This document shows positions 28,276 to 41,826 of a DNA stretch of 64,000 bases, piece by piece (the first letter of the stretch is position 1; each line of letters begins with the position of its first letter). Source of the stretch: Owenia fusiformis (taxonomy: Eukaryota); assembly GCA_903813345.2 (NCBI GenBank), contig CAIIXF020000001.1, positions 26,350,001-26,414,000 on the forward strand, given 5' to 3'. The notes under the pieces are model-generated. The model was not told the origin of the DNA and ran no database searches. It was given only the letters and a program-made list of their open reading frames with translations. Both the position numbers and the translations under genes were made by a program.

Positions 28276-30874
28276 GTCACTGTCATATATTGATATCATT
28301 AGACTTATACTGTACCTGTCTCTAACTTGATAGAAAGACACCAGGGCATATTAGTTCTAAAATAAGACAACAGAAACAGGATGTTTGTTTACTCAACATT
28401 GAATATGCCTTTTATCAGTCCAATGGCATCATTAGATTACACACATTATTTTTTGTCAGGCAATATTTGGACATAGTGTGTTTATCAGCAGTTCCTAATA
28501 GCTCAATTTTACCCCAAAGCATTCACAAATTGCAATGCATGCTATGTTGCAACTGGAAATATATGTTGTATTATATAATGTACATGCACTTCTAAAATAT
28601 GGAATTACATTGTATTACATTCATAATTGCAAAAGTAGCCTCCACTTATTCAATAGCAACATGCAATGCAAAAATTTGTTTCACATGGTCAGTGGATGAT
28701 CTGATATACGGTGATGTACAAAATGATGTGATTAACCTGCCATAGAAATGAAATTATAGAAGCCGACAATATATCAAACACACATTGGAAACTCTGTTTT
28801 GTTTTGCTAATGAAAATCATTGATTTGTTATGCAGTCTATGTAAAAAGCAATTTATCCATACACACCATACCGACGTTCATAGGTAGAATATTGTGATAT
28901 AGTATAGAGAAGTGCCGTAATAATTGATCTACTAGAGGTAAGGTAGCTATGAAGCAGACAGATATATGAAAGTGGTAAGAGGATTAAACACAGATGATGG
29001 ATTAATAAAACATTATTTATTATTACATAAAAAGGTAAGCATTGTCTATGTTAGCAAATTGCTTATGGTAGACAATTGTCTATGAATGACATCAATGTAT
29101 AATTGACAGAAATGGAATACAATATATTGACATAATACCATATCAACGGATCACTATATAAATGGATTACATTCAGCCAGGATGATCTACAATAAAACAC
29201 TTACCGTAGGTTCTTAATCTAGTTTGGAGTGTTGAGGAGAGTCAGACAGTTTTTGATCTGTAATTTTCATTTAATAGTCTGTAAAATCAGCATCTTTGAT
29301 ATAAGATTTTAAGTTTGGTTAGATTGGTCAATAAAGGATATCCATGGAGGATTCAGTTCACAAATAAAAAAAACAAATAAGTAAATTATTTCAAGACGTT
29401 TCCCCATGATGAGCTAAAATAGTTTGAATTGTAGAACTAGCCGTTTGACAGGTATTCATTACTACAGTTTATTTGACATGATAGTTGACATAAAATATAG
29501 TGTCTATATGCACAGGTAGTGTTTGGAGGGTAATAAGCTATGTTTGCTAGAACAGGACATTCAAAGCCTTTTAGCTGGCATTCCATAACTGACTCTACAT
29601 TGAAAATTTCAAGGTCTTCAGTGGTTGAAATGCTCTATATGGTCTGTGATCATTCATTATTCTCATAGATTATTATTGAAACGTAATCATGGATGCAAAT
29701 AAACTGGCGTCTCTGTAGTGGTAAGTACATACTGTCCAAGTAGTCTAAATTAATGTCATTGATTTGATGATTAGAGAAGTTATGTGTGATTATGTGAGAA
29801 ATAAGTTTAGGTGATCAGCTTGCTTGGATGTAGCGCTTGATGATAAGATAAGATGATGAGTGATATTTGACATTGTGGTCTGCGAAATAACAGATACAGG
29901 TAAGTCTTATGGTTATCATCTGCTTTCCTTTCTCATTCTATACTTTTGATGGAATTACACTTTTATGTGAAGGGTGTGCCAAACTTCTTGACTTGCATTG
30001 ATTTAAGATGTTAACATTGCTCTACTGAAAATATTTTGTATAAAAGGTAGGTTTTGTATAAAAGAAAAGTCTACAGGAAGGTACACAAAAATGATTTTGT
30101 ACTTTAATCCACATAGAAGGCAAAACGATTAAACTGATAAAGTGTCCCAATTATTGTGGAGGGTGGGTCTCTCTTTCTTTACATAGCCTTTTGAATACTC
30201 AATTTCAAGGTGGTATTAAGTCCAACATCATGTTGTTTACAATGGTCTCTTAGATGCATTGGATGATAACCTCAAAGCTGTATGCTTTCTTGTCATTGAA
30301 TTCCACATGTGTCCAATCACTTGATTCATCTCTGATATGGGTGTGATTACATGGGTATCTGGGTGTGTGAAGGTCATCCTTTGCTTGGTATGTGGGCTTA
30401 TGGGATATATCTGGTACCTTTGTCGAGTCTTTTGATTGGATGTCATCTTGTTGGCTCTGAATCCACATTGGATTGATATGGAGCCCTATGGATATGTGTT
30501 TGGATATGGATATATAAGGGTTATGTACTGGGAGGTTTTGGATATGGGGTTTATCCAAATGGAGATATGCATATCTACCTGAGGGACCGTAAATGCCATA
30601 ATGCAAGTATATGGAGGCTTTATTGAATCTTGGGATTATAAGTCATCTTTTACCATGACTGTCCCCTGTCTCATTCAGTAGCGGTGTCTGTCACAAATGG
30701 CAGGTGGTGACAATTTGCACATAAATGCCTTGTGATGTTGTATAATAGTACAGATGTATACCTTTACATGGGGCAAATAATAAATCTGGCTCATTTCATA
30801 AACAATTCTTGGAATTCAAGATCCTGTTCAATTTATGGTTATAACTACATTGCATCATCACCAGTTGATTGTAA

Positions 30875-31370
30875 GGGGTGGGGTCAAAATATCAATGTTC
30901 ATATGGAGACGAAAGTAATTTCGTTTGGACAACAACCCCCCCACCCCCCCTCTAGATGAAAGCTTGGGTCACTTCAAAAAAACATTGATTTAAAAGTCAA
31001 ATGAGAGGCATAATCGTATCCTATTTACCGGGTTATTATTACGGTGAATTAACACCAGTCGCAATTTAACTGCATTGAACTCTTCAAAAGGAGGAGGGAA
31101 AAGTACGGAATTTATTTGAAAAATGATCGAATTATTGTCTTTATCTACCGATATTTTGGACCTATGACACAAAAAAGCTCACGAACTATTGAAAACAAGC
31201 CTTTTTATCAGAACATAGCGCCAGAAAAAGTGGGTAAGTCCAATTATTTTTTGTATATCAGATCCGAATTATCGATGTTTTTTTGGTCAACGAAAGTGCC
31301 CAAAAACCCCCTCCCCCCTCGCGAAAGTACTTTCGTCTCCATATGAACATCGATATTTTGACCCCGCCCC
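30875..31370. mobile_element. PIF/Harbinger-like MITE
   Basis: TAA TSD; ~49-bp TIR GGGGYGGGGTCAAAATATC... with 3 mismatches. Confidence 0.88.
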
Positions 31371-32368
31371 TAAGAGTCCATTTTGCAGTGACAATATGTG
31401 GGCCTTTATTAAATCTAATAAGGCTTAACTAGTTAATTCAAAATGATAGTGAATTTAAGTCTGTGTTTGTGTAAACTATGTCAATGAACAGATTTGAAAT
31501 ATGTTGGTTTAGTTTGTTTATCAATGCTTTCATACAGACCTACTGTATTGATTCCTCATTGTTTGATGTTGAATTGAATGTGACTTGGGAACATTAGATG
31601 CATATTAAGAACTTGGAATTTTACAACTAAAATAAGTAAGGTTAGAAATAACACAGTTTATTTTTCTCTCAATTTTTTGTGGTATGTTTAATGTGACAGT
31701 TTACAATATACCCATCACTAATGACACAGATGCCATACATGAAACATACTATATTTTTCGACTTTTGGTTTTTAGAGGATGGATTGAATGATTAGGTGTG
31801 CAATAGAAATTTGTGAACGAAATTTCAGATTTGCTTCATAATTAGAGTAGCAATTTAATAGTCTTTGTGTCATAAGTTAGATTGGAAATAGAGACACAAT
31901 ACTATTTTCTACATTATCATGTTAACATTGTTATGTCACTTGAATAGATGGCGTACATGCTTGATTTCTATAGTTGTATAGTAGATGACATACATGTTAG
32001 AATCAAAATCATGTATTTGAACTTTCATACCATATATCATTTACAAAAGAGAGATGAATGAAAATCAAGATAAGATATTTGATACTTGAAAATGTTACAC
32101 AATGTGTAGTTCATGAAGATCAACAAGTCTTGAGTTTCGCCTTATATGTCTTTATTGACTTTTTAAATGTCACGATATAACATACATGTATTCATATATA
32201 AAACTACACAATACTACACTACACTTAATTCTGACTGGTGTGCTGCAGAGAGTGACATGTATGTTCATTCAAGCAATAAACAGTACATTCACAGTTTGAG
32301 ACAATCTTGGAGGGTACTCTAATGAAAAAAAAATATTTGTTTTTTATTTTATAATACCTACTGTTAAT

Positions 32369-32493
32369 AGGGAGTTTAAGCTTGCATATAAAATTGAAAT
32401 GCCAATGTATACGTATGATCAATCGCCCATACAAATGTATCGCTTAAATATTTTCCGTTCCGTTGTGAAAAACATTGCAAGCTTAAACTCCCT
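32369..32493. mobile_element. Small MITE (125 bp)
   Basis: TIR AGGGAGTTTAAGCTTGCA, flanked by AAT on both sides. Confidence 0.75.
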
Positions 32494-33215
32494 AATGTCA
32501 CATTCATAAACATTTTAAAATATTACATCAATTTACAGAATTTTCACTGAAATAACAAGATGTATGATACTATTGGACTATAAGACATGATAATATGGTT
32601 GATAAGAAATGTGATCAGTTGCATAACATTCATATCTATAGAATTTCATTACAGTGAATGCATTTTATTTTTCTTAGAAGAAACTACATGAATTTCTATT
32701 GGGGTTGAACTTAGAAAGTTTTAAAATTGTGATAACTCAATTGAGATAAGTCAATGGGCTATTAATATTGTAACGGAATTTTAAATGTAAAATTTTTGAT
32801 TGTTAATTAAGTGCTGTGTTTTTGTATATAAGGCAATTATTACACCTGGAAAGTAATTTCCCATTGAGATTATTAAGATTTATAAATGTAGTATCATTTG
32901 CAGCACTAAGGTTGTACTTACAGAGGTGAAATAGTTCGCATGTTTTATTTATTTGATCACGATTTTGTTTATGTTGATCGGGCAGTCTTATCTGGCAGTC
33001 TAATTTGTAGTTGATCGGTAGTCTAACATGGCAGCTTTATTATTTTACTTCCTGCTTTTGATTCGATTGAATCGAAGGAAAATTGGACTAGATAGTGGTT
33101 AATTACTGTTATATTTCTTGAGTCAATATTATAATCTTGCTGTATGATCAATATTGAAGCGAAATATGGCGTAAATAAGCTGTAATTCACAGTTGAAATC
33201 TTGTACGAAAATCGA

Positions 33216-33264
33216 TGACGTCATCCGGCCTATATAAGTATCTCGCTGTTGAAGGATCGTCAGT
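33216..33264 (+). promoter_or_regulatory. LTR core promoter: CRE palindrome TGACGTCA, TATATAAG, Inr TCAGT
   Basis: CRE at 33216-33223, TATA at 33231, Inr A at 33262 (31 nt from the TATA start). Confidence 0.65.
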
Positions 33265-34140
33265 GCGATGCCAGATGTTGTCGAGGAAGGACCTCTAGAG
33301 CGGAATTTCGGGAAACAGCTAAAATCTTCTAAGTTTTATAGAACTTAGTCGATTTTGTGGAGTTGAAGCTATACGTTTGCAGTATACACATGAAGATAGA
33401 AGCTGTACCTTAGTAGAATACATCTGATGAGCCAAGCTATACGTTTGCAGTATACAAGGGCAGATTGAGGAAACTAAGTGTGCGAAACTTAGTTTATTTT
33501 GGAACTTGGATTTTTGGGAAACTTTGATGCAACTAAGTGTGTGAAACTTAGTTTATTTATCGCACTGGAAGTAAGGGAGATCTACAAGACTGGACAAAAC
33601 TTCGACAGGGTGAAGCTATCCCCAGCGCAAAGCATTAGACGTATTGTCCAGCCTTCATAGACTGAGAGGAAATGCTGACATAACTTGTGTTTGAGAAACT
33701 TAAGCTATTTGGATCATCAAGGAACTTAGACGATTTACAACATTATTGGACTTAGTCAGTATTTGGTGAAACATTATTTTGGACTTTGTTATTTCTGGAG
33801 ATAGAAATATTTAACTTAGAATATTTTAACATCAGTATAACTTAGTATGAAATTAACTTAGTCAATATTTGGTGAAATATTATTTTGGACTTTGTTGTTT
33901 TTTTTGGAAAGAGAAATATTGAACTTAGAATATTTCAATATCAGTATCACTTAACATTAAATTAACTTAGTCATTTTAGAGGACAAATATTTTCACATGT
34001 TATATTTTTGCATATGTCGTTGTGTGCATGCTATATTTGTAGGTAGCCTTATTATTTAGTTGTGAAGAAAGCAGGCTACATGGACTTAGCAGTTGATGCC
34101 GTGTATTAGACGTCCTTGGACTTGGTAGATTGAAGATTGT

Positions 34141-35275
34141 GATAGTTTGACTTATACATCTACAGAGAAGAGGTTCTGGGACTTAGCAGTTTATTCAACG
34201 AGATATTTTGACTTTGATGATTTTGGGTCATTGAAGTTAGAATATACATCTACAGAGAGGACGTTCCAGGACTTAGCAGATTATCCAGCGAGATATTTTG
34301 ACTTTGATGATTTTGTGTCATTGAAGTTAGAATATACATCTACATTGAGGAGGATCCAAGTGATAGCCGTTCACAGAGCTGATAGTTTGACTTAGATTAT
34401 TTCACATAATCAAAGTTGAATTATACTACAACACAGAAAGAAGGATCCAGGAGATAGTCGATTGCAGAGCCTATAGTTTGACTTAGATTATTTCACATAA
34501 TCAAAGTTGAATTATACTACAACACATTGAGGAGGATCCAGGACTTAGGAGTTTACACAACTTGATAGTTTGACTTAGATTATTTCACATAATCAAAGTT
34601 GAATTATACTACAACACATTGAGGAGGATCCAGGACTTAGGAGTTTACACAACTTGATAGTTTGACTTAGATTATTTCACATAATCAAAGTTGAATTATA
34701 CTACAACACATTGAGGAGGATCCAGGACTTAGGAGTTTACACAACTTGATAGTTTGACTTAGATTATTTCACATAATCAAAGTTGAATTATACTACAACA
34801 CATTGAGGAGGATCCAGGACTTAGGAGTTTACACAACTGATAGTTTGACTTGGATTATTTTACATAATCAAAGTTGAATTATACTACAACACAGAGAGGA
34901 GGATCCAGGAGATAGCAGTTTACAGAGCAATAGTTTGACTTAGATTATTTCACATAATCAAAGTTGAATTATAATACAACACAGTGAAGAGGATCAAGGA
35001 GATAGCCATTTACCGAGCTGATAGTTGACTTGATGATTTCACATTATCAAAGCTGAATTATACTACAATACAGAGAAGAGGATCCAGGAGATTTACATTT
35101 ACGGAGTAATACCTTGACTTAGATGATATTACATCCTCAAAGTTGAATTACACTACAACTCAGAGAAGAGGATCCAGGAGATAGCCATTTACCGAGCTGA
35201 TAGTTGACTTGATGATTTCACATCATCAAATTTGAATCATACTACACTACATAGAGGAGGATCCAGGAGATTACT
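34141..35275. repeat. Tandem array of ~89-92-bp units (about 13 copies) inside the LTR-like element
   Basis: GGATCC or a variant at 34352, 34443, 34534, 34626, 34718, 34810, 34901, 34991, 35080, 35170, 35259, plus two diverged 5' units. Confidence 0.95.
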
Positions 35276-36339
35276 ATTTCAGGTTCAAGTTACAAGTACA
35301 ATACAAGACGTACAAGTATTACAACATATATGAACTTTTAATATTGGAGATACAACAGTGGTATATAGTGATCATCTACTTTAGTTTATATGGACTCTGG
35401 ATATTGTGTTCTTAGTGATTATTATTAGCTTATACGGACTCTAGATATTGCTTTATTAGTGATAAATATTAGCTTATATGGACTTTTGAGTTGTGAGTTT
35501 TGAGAGAGATAATAATATCGTAGCATTTTAACCTTCATACTTGACATTTAATGTACATCTTTATTTGGGCTTATAAACGCCACAATATACTGTTTTATAT
35601 TTATATTTAATTGTATATGTCTGTTTAATTCTTTAGGGACAATCGCACATTTAACGTGTGCCGTGTAACTCACCAAGTAAACACCGTTTACTAAACAGTG
35701 GGCCTATTATAAGCCACGCTACCACGTATATCCACAAAAATAGGCCAAACTGTTACAATATGTTTCTGAGAAACATACACTTTTGAAAAAATTAAGAACA
35801 AAATCAAGCTCAATTTGGGAAATTTCACTACAGATGAATGTCTCATATTAACAAAAAATAAACCAATTTTTCTAATGATAAAAATGTTGTACAAAACATA
35901 ACAAATTATAAAGAATTCATTTTCTCTGAACAAAAGGAATTAATATTAAATTATTGTTTCGGAATTAAATTAATAAAAAATGTGAATGATAGATATTTAC
36001 AGACCAGAAATTGAATTGTATATGATAATATTTGAATTATTAACATCCTGTGAATAGAATAATGACTTAGAACAATGGGATTATGCCAGGCTAGATGAGG
36101 TTTAGCTATAGGGGCACATTCATCTTGTACATGTATAAAATGCAAATAGAATACACTAATTTTAAGATCAAAGGAGGACATAAATTTGTCACTAAGACAA
36201 GTGTCTCAGCTTGACTCTTGAATCGGTTTATAGTGAAACCCTCTGACGTTGTAGGCCAAAGGTTCATTTTTAAGACCTTGAAACATAAAAAACGAGAAAA
36301 GAAACTTTGGCTCCCTTTTTGAAGTGGGCAAGCCAGAAA

Positions 36340-36454
36340 ATGGTTGTCGAAGCCAAAATGAATCAAGATGCTCGAAAAAATTATCAGGCATTTGTTAGGA
36401 GGGTTCGAACAAGTTCTGTAGGAGATGAACTTGATGTTGATGATACACTGGAAG
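36340..36454 (+). CDS. Candidate alternative first exon for a medium isoform (MVVEAKMNQDARKNYQAFVRRVRTSSVGDELDVDDTLE)
   Basis: aaaATG with an upstream in-frame stop at 36286, protein-like composition, donor GAAG|gtaaaa; phase 1 matches 38404. Confidence 0.55.
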
Positions 36455-37414
36455 GTAAAATTAAATCAGTTGTAGTGTTTGTGAAAACAATGTCATATCA
36501 GATTTGATTAATATGTGATCTAAATTCATGATAGATATATTTAACTCAATTTTTGGGCTCAATATGTTAGGATAGTATAGGTTTTACCTAAAACTAAACC
36601 AATGTAATTTTGTTCTATTTGACAAGGGTCTGTTTTGTATTTTTCAAATGTTGCTCTCTGTGCTTTCTCTCAAGGAGTGGCTAGATTTTATTCTGTTATA
36701 AAAAGAATGTATATTGGAATGCCGTGATATAAGGAGGAAATGTTAAAAGATGTTAGATTGTCATTGAAGTGAATGTTACATGTATTAGAGCCATGTTGAA
36801 CAAAAGTGAGTAGCCCTGGTAAGGTAGGTTAAAAAGTTGACATTGCACAAGTATTTCAGTTTTGAAGTGTTTAAAAGCGCACAATAAGATAAGGTACAAG
36901 TGCTGTATATATGGAATTTATTTAAAAGTTTTCACTGCATGCATTTTTGTGATAAAATAGTCCAAAGTGCAATTCACACCTTGAGCAAAAGTAAAGTTTG
37001 ACTCCACTGACAGAATATGCAAGGAGAGTTTAACATATATTTGGGTGCAAATGTTGAAGAATGTAAATGTAGCTTTAGGAATATCTGAAGTGATAAGTCA
37101 TTTACATTCAGTAAAATACTCATCAGTTTGTTATCGTATCATTTATCAAAATATCAAAACTGAAATGAAAGAATGTGATTGGTCAGATTCAACCTGTGAA
37201 TTGATGTCTCGATATATCACTCATTTTCTACCCTCTCACTATGATGTATATGAATGCAATTTTCATAAGGGTTGAAGTCTTGTTACTAATTTATAACGTG
37301 ATGGTGTGGTCCAATAAGTGAAATATCACTCATCAACATTGGTTACATGTATTTCTCTATTATATGCATTTAGTCTTATTATTAATATAAATCACAATTA
37401 TTTGTGAGCCTTAA

Positions 37415-38247
37415 AGTCCCCGTCTTAAGTTTGAAATTTTTTTTTATCATTCATTTACTATTTGTCAGGACTTAAAAAGTGATTTTAGAGATTTTTGAAC
37501 AAAAAAAAAATTTTGAAAAAAAAGTTGTGAGCATTTCATTTCTCAAATATTCAAATTTCCCGCCATTTTTCAAAAAAAGTTGAAATTTCTTTATCATCAA
37601 ATATTTCTTAATGCATTTCAAAAAAGATTATCTTTTTAACACCAATGCAAAGATTGAACAAATGACACCCTATTTCAATAACAAAATGCCATATTTAATG
37701 GGCCACTTCAATGTTTTAGCATATCAAAAATATTTTGAAACATTAGTGATGTCACTAAGGTACCAAAAACTTTTTGAAAAATATTGAAATTTTTTTTTCG
37801 ATGTCAATCTTTTCTAAATATGCTAGACTTTCATAAAAAAAACAATGTTGATTGTCTAACCTGGTTAAAAGGAAGAATAAATTATGTTTTAGATATCATT
37901 GTACCATTGGTTTCTATGAGAACTAAAATTTTGAAATGCATTTTTCTCAGAACCATTTTCATGCACTGATAAGTTCATTTCTCGCTTGTTTATCAACCGA
38001 TTTTCTTAATTTTTTCGGCAAAAAACATGGGAGGATGAATGCTATGAATTGGTATGAATTGTGGCTAATTAGAAGATATGAGTGACCTCTAAAAATTGGT
38101 TTTAAATAAATTCACAAATTTTGGAACAAAAAGTCTATCAAAAACCACTTTTTGAAATTAAAAAAAAAAGTTTCACATATCACACTTTGATAACATTGGG
38201 TTAGACTACAATATAAGCCAAAGTGGTTTAAACTTTACATGGGGCCT
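37415..38247. mobile_element. TTAA-flanked non-autonomous element (Kolobok-like), decayed
   Basis: ttaa|AGTCCCC ... GGGGCCT|ttaa with an imperfect ~20-bp TIR. Confidence 0.5.
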
Positions 38248-38403
38248 TTAAGAACCAAGTTTTACCATGTGCTTCCAAGAATATAATAATTTCCATGATC
38301 TTTATTGTATTGTCCTGCATCCTGCATTGTTGTGCTATTGGTGAACTATTGTAACCTCCTAAAAGATCCACCATAATTTAATGAATTTGTCATCTATTTT
38401 CAG

Positions 38404-39074
38404 GAGAACCAATAAATATAGGTCACCTAGGTAACAGGACATCTGCATCACAGAAATCATGGTCTGAACGCATACAGGCTGTAGATGATCTAGACGGCAA
38501 TTCCGTCCCTAAACCACGTAGCAAATCCCAATCTGCCCCTACCCCCACTTCTCAAACTCCACCCACAGTGCCTACCCAGCAGGGTCAAAAGAACGAGATG
38601 TCGGATGACGATGACAATGTGAGTAAACATTCCATTGCTAACATGAATGCCACAAGGCGCATGTTTGAAAAGATGAGTGTCTCCAAGCAAATAGATATGA
38701 GTAAGGTACCAAAGAGGAGCATATCAAGCGGTGATTATGTGCCCAATTACCTACGCCAAGACAGCAACACAACAGTCCCACAAAACAACGACAAAGAACT
38801 GAAAATCGCTCAAGAGAATCAGGATAGACTTAAATATGAGAGAGAAGCTGCCAAAAATGAACTAGCCAAGAATGAGCTTGTGATTATAGCACCAGAGAAA
38901 AGGGATAAGCAGAAGGAAATTGAGACCTATATAGAGCTGACTGAGGCTGATAGAGGACAGGAGTTGCGTCAACATGAGAGTTTGATTGACAGGGAGATTC
39001 GAGCACAGTTAGAGAGAGAACAAGAGATGAAGAGACAAGGCACCATCCCTAGTACCACCCAAGGGCGTAATAAG
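38404..39074 (+). CDS. Internal coding exon of the MISP/AKAP2-like gene (GEPINIGHLG...HESLIDREIRAQLEREQEMKRQG...GRNK)
   Basis: Acceptor ctattttcag| (phase 1), open frame continuous with ORF 38568-39149, donor AAG|gtgaga (phase 0). Confidence 0.88.
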
Positions 39075-41336
39075 GTGAGAATAAAGTTAAAGTGTGAATT
39101 GTTTATTTCCATATCACTTTCATTTTCTAAATATTCAGTAACCAGTTGATAATTTCATATTAATAAGTTTCACATGCTGCATGTATTTACTATAGGATGA
39201 GAAAAATGTTTAAATGTTGTAGTAACATGGGTAACATGAATTTGAATAAAACTTTTATTTGGGTTTTCAACTTCTGTTATACACTTTTGTTTGCATTGAG
39301 TATGTACATAAAAAGATCAAAGTTCTTCGGGACAATCAGTAATTCATTCTTTATTTTGTTTGTTTCGAACTTGAAACTAAATGCATTTAATTTGAAGTAG
39401 GACCAATAAACTATTTATCGTTGCATGGTATCATGGTAACCTTCAAAATTCATGTTTCCTTTAGTTTGAAAGACAACTAGGTTGTTCTAGATAGATTGCC
39501 AGACTGCTGTGTTCAACTTCCTCATGGATGTTCCCTGGATGAGGAAATATCTGATGATTTCAATTAGGGGAACGAACTCATTTGTGATGCACAAGATTAA
39601 CATGTGATAATGTACTTTAGTTAAAGGTTTTGGGTATAAATCAGGGTGTATAATTTACCAAGTTTAGTTTCAACATGTTAATGATCAATTCTACATGTAG
39701 GACAACCATTTGAGTGGTCTGGTAGTAGTTTATTTGGTTTGCTTTGAGGGTGTTTAAATACCATAAATGCACCTACAAACTGTGAGTGACTCATATCGGT
39801 CAGAATAACTTACCAAATATAAATTTATTTTACCTAAAAGTCGCAATAATTTTAATCAGTTAGTGTTTGAGTGGTGAATAAAACACTATATTTGGATATC
39901 ATTAAAGGTTGCTTGGAACAACAGTTCATTCTCACAGTGATTCAAATATTAGGACTTATTTTACTTATATAAAACAAATGGATATTTAGAAGCGTTACAC
40001 ATCAGGTAAGTGAGAAGTTCTTGTTTAACCCTCTCTTTGGGCAATCAACGCTTGACTTGCCTACATGATAGAAAAATTGAATGAAATTCCTCAAATTAGG
40101 TTCATAGAAGTTAAAATAGGAATATTTATAAATTCATCAGATGAAATAAAAAGAAATTCAGACATTTCCAATGTGGTAGCATTTAATGTATATGAACTGT
40201 AGCTTGAAGATTGTTTAAAAACCGACTGGAGGCATCCCTTTGTCTTTATCCTTCCAAAGTGACCAAATGGCAGATAAGAGGGGCTCTGGCATACCAGAAC
40301 GGACTGGAAGTTCTTCAAATATTTTTCCCTTTTTACCCCAATTTCTATGCTTGCATACCCTTTCGTTCCACTTCATTTCTTACTTAAATGAGAGCTTCTG
40401 GTTGAGAAAGGGTCAGCGTGGTAGTTTGGAATGATTAATTACCCGGTCTGTCACAGGTACCAATCTTTGGGGCAGGGCTGCTAAACTGTAATATAGTCTA
40501 TACTAGGCAGAGGGTCGTTTATATCTAGACTGCGAGCAGGGTAATGCTTGCAATTATATTTCAAGAGATCTGTCATTTCATAATGTCTTTCACATATAGA
40601 GTGTAGCACTGTGACATTCAGCTAGCTTCTGAGTGGCAGTGAACGAATAACACCTGTTACCCAAGCACCATTCAGACATATATAATTGTATGTAATCTAG
40701 CCAAATTGGTGCCATCATCTAAAATAATGAAGTCATTTTCCTATGCTATTTTCTACATGGAATTTGACTTATGGCCCCTGTTGGATTTTAACATTGAATG
40801 TTATGACATTTACTGTTCTTTCCCCTGGGCGTATTCAGATACTTCTAGAACAACTTAACGAAAATCTCTCAAAGTATATGGAAGTATCTGAAGTTATTGC
40901 GTTATTAATACTCTAGGCAATGGGATAGGATGAAATAAGTGGACATCAAAGGATAATTATCTGTTTGATCATGGTCTGAAGATTGTCTGAAAGTGTCTCC
41001 AGGATTAGGAAGTATCTATAGTTGTACATGTGGAGCTTCATGAAGTTTGAGATAAGATTGAAAATGAACTGAGTATGATGAGGAATATGACTCAAAGTAA
41101 ATGAACTTACAATAGTGTGGTCTGAGGTCTGTGATGGTATCATAGTTATCTCAAGTACAGTTACTGTAACAGTGAATCATACATTTATATTTTGGACTTT
41201 TATGCCATAAAGGTATGAAATATTATGTAAAGTTAGCATCTATGAAAAAACTTAATGACTGCATTTACATCAGTATACTAATTAAAGCTCTATTTTTTAG
41301 CAAAACAATTAGTTTTTTGGAAGTCATCTGCGCTAA

Positions 41337-41826
41337 CACCCCAGTCACATTTGTCGCACGGCGGCCGCAAGTCGACCGCAGAACAATTAAATCGGTGAAT
41401 TTCTGCGGCGAGTGTAGAAAAACTACGCTCGCCTTGCGGCCTCCGTACGGCGTATGCAGATTTTTACAGGCCGCAGGGAAGGCGTAGAAATTATAACTTG
41501 GAGTTATAATATTTGTTCATTTCTGAGGTCCGCGTAGAAATCAACTGGCTCAACAAGATTGAATCATTATTTGTCAATATTTCACGATCACTTTTCATTT
41601 GATATTACATCCTAGCACTTTGAATAACATTTATAATTGTCCTGATGTAAATAAAATGAAAAAAACTATTATTTATCAATAGAAATTTAAAATTCACCGT
41701 GCGGCTGCCTTGGGAAATGTGACTACAAAAGTATGAGAGCGCAGAAATTCTGCGGCGAGCGTAGAAAAGCTACTGGCCGCAGAAATGATAGACCGCAAGG
41801 TCACCGTAGGAAATGTGACTGGGGTG
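41337..41826. mobile_element. PIF/Harbinger-like MITE
   Basis: TAA TSD, 16-bp TIR CACCCCAGTCACATTT, GC-rich subterminal ccgca/tgcgg motifs. Confidence 0.88.

Larger units (their letters stand above)
32769..35757 (+). mobile_element. Solo-LTR-like element (probably Gypsy type), 2989 bp
   Basis: TGTAAC...GTTACA termini, 4-bp TSD ATAT on both sides, internal TATA/Inr, no long ORF. Confidence 0.75.

Noticed and set aside
29840-29905. Strong donor CAG|gtaagt at 29899 (similar case at 40005)
   Set aside because: Nearby upstream ATGs hit stops before the donor; cannot be supported as coding.
30237-30606. Minus-strand ORFs of 69 and 118 aa
   Set aside because: Low-complexity ggatat-rich sequence with no recognisable domain or splice partner.
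34141-35275. Regular array resembling CRISPR
   Set aside because: Units are homologous along their whole length, with no unique spacers and no cas genes, in a eukaryotic context.
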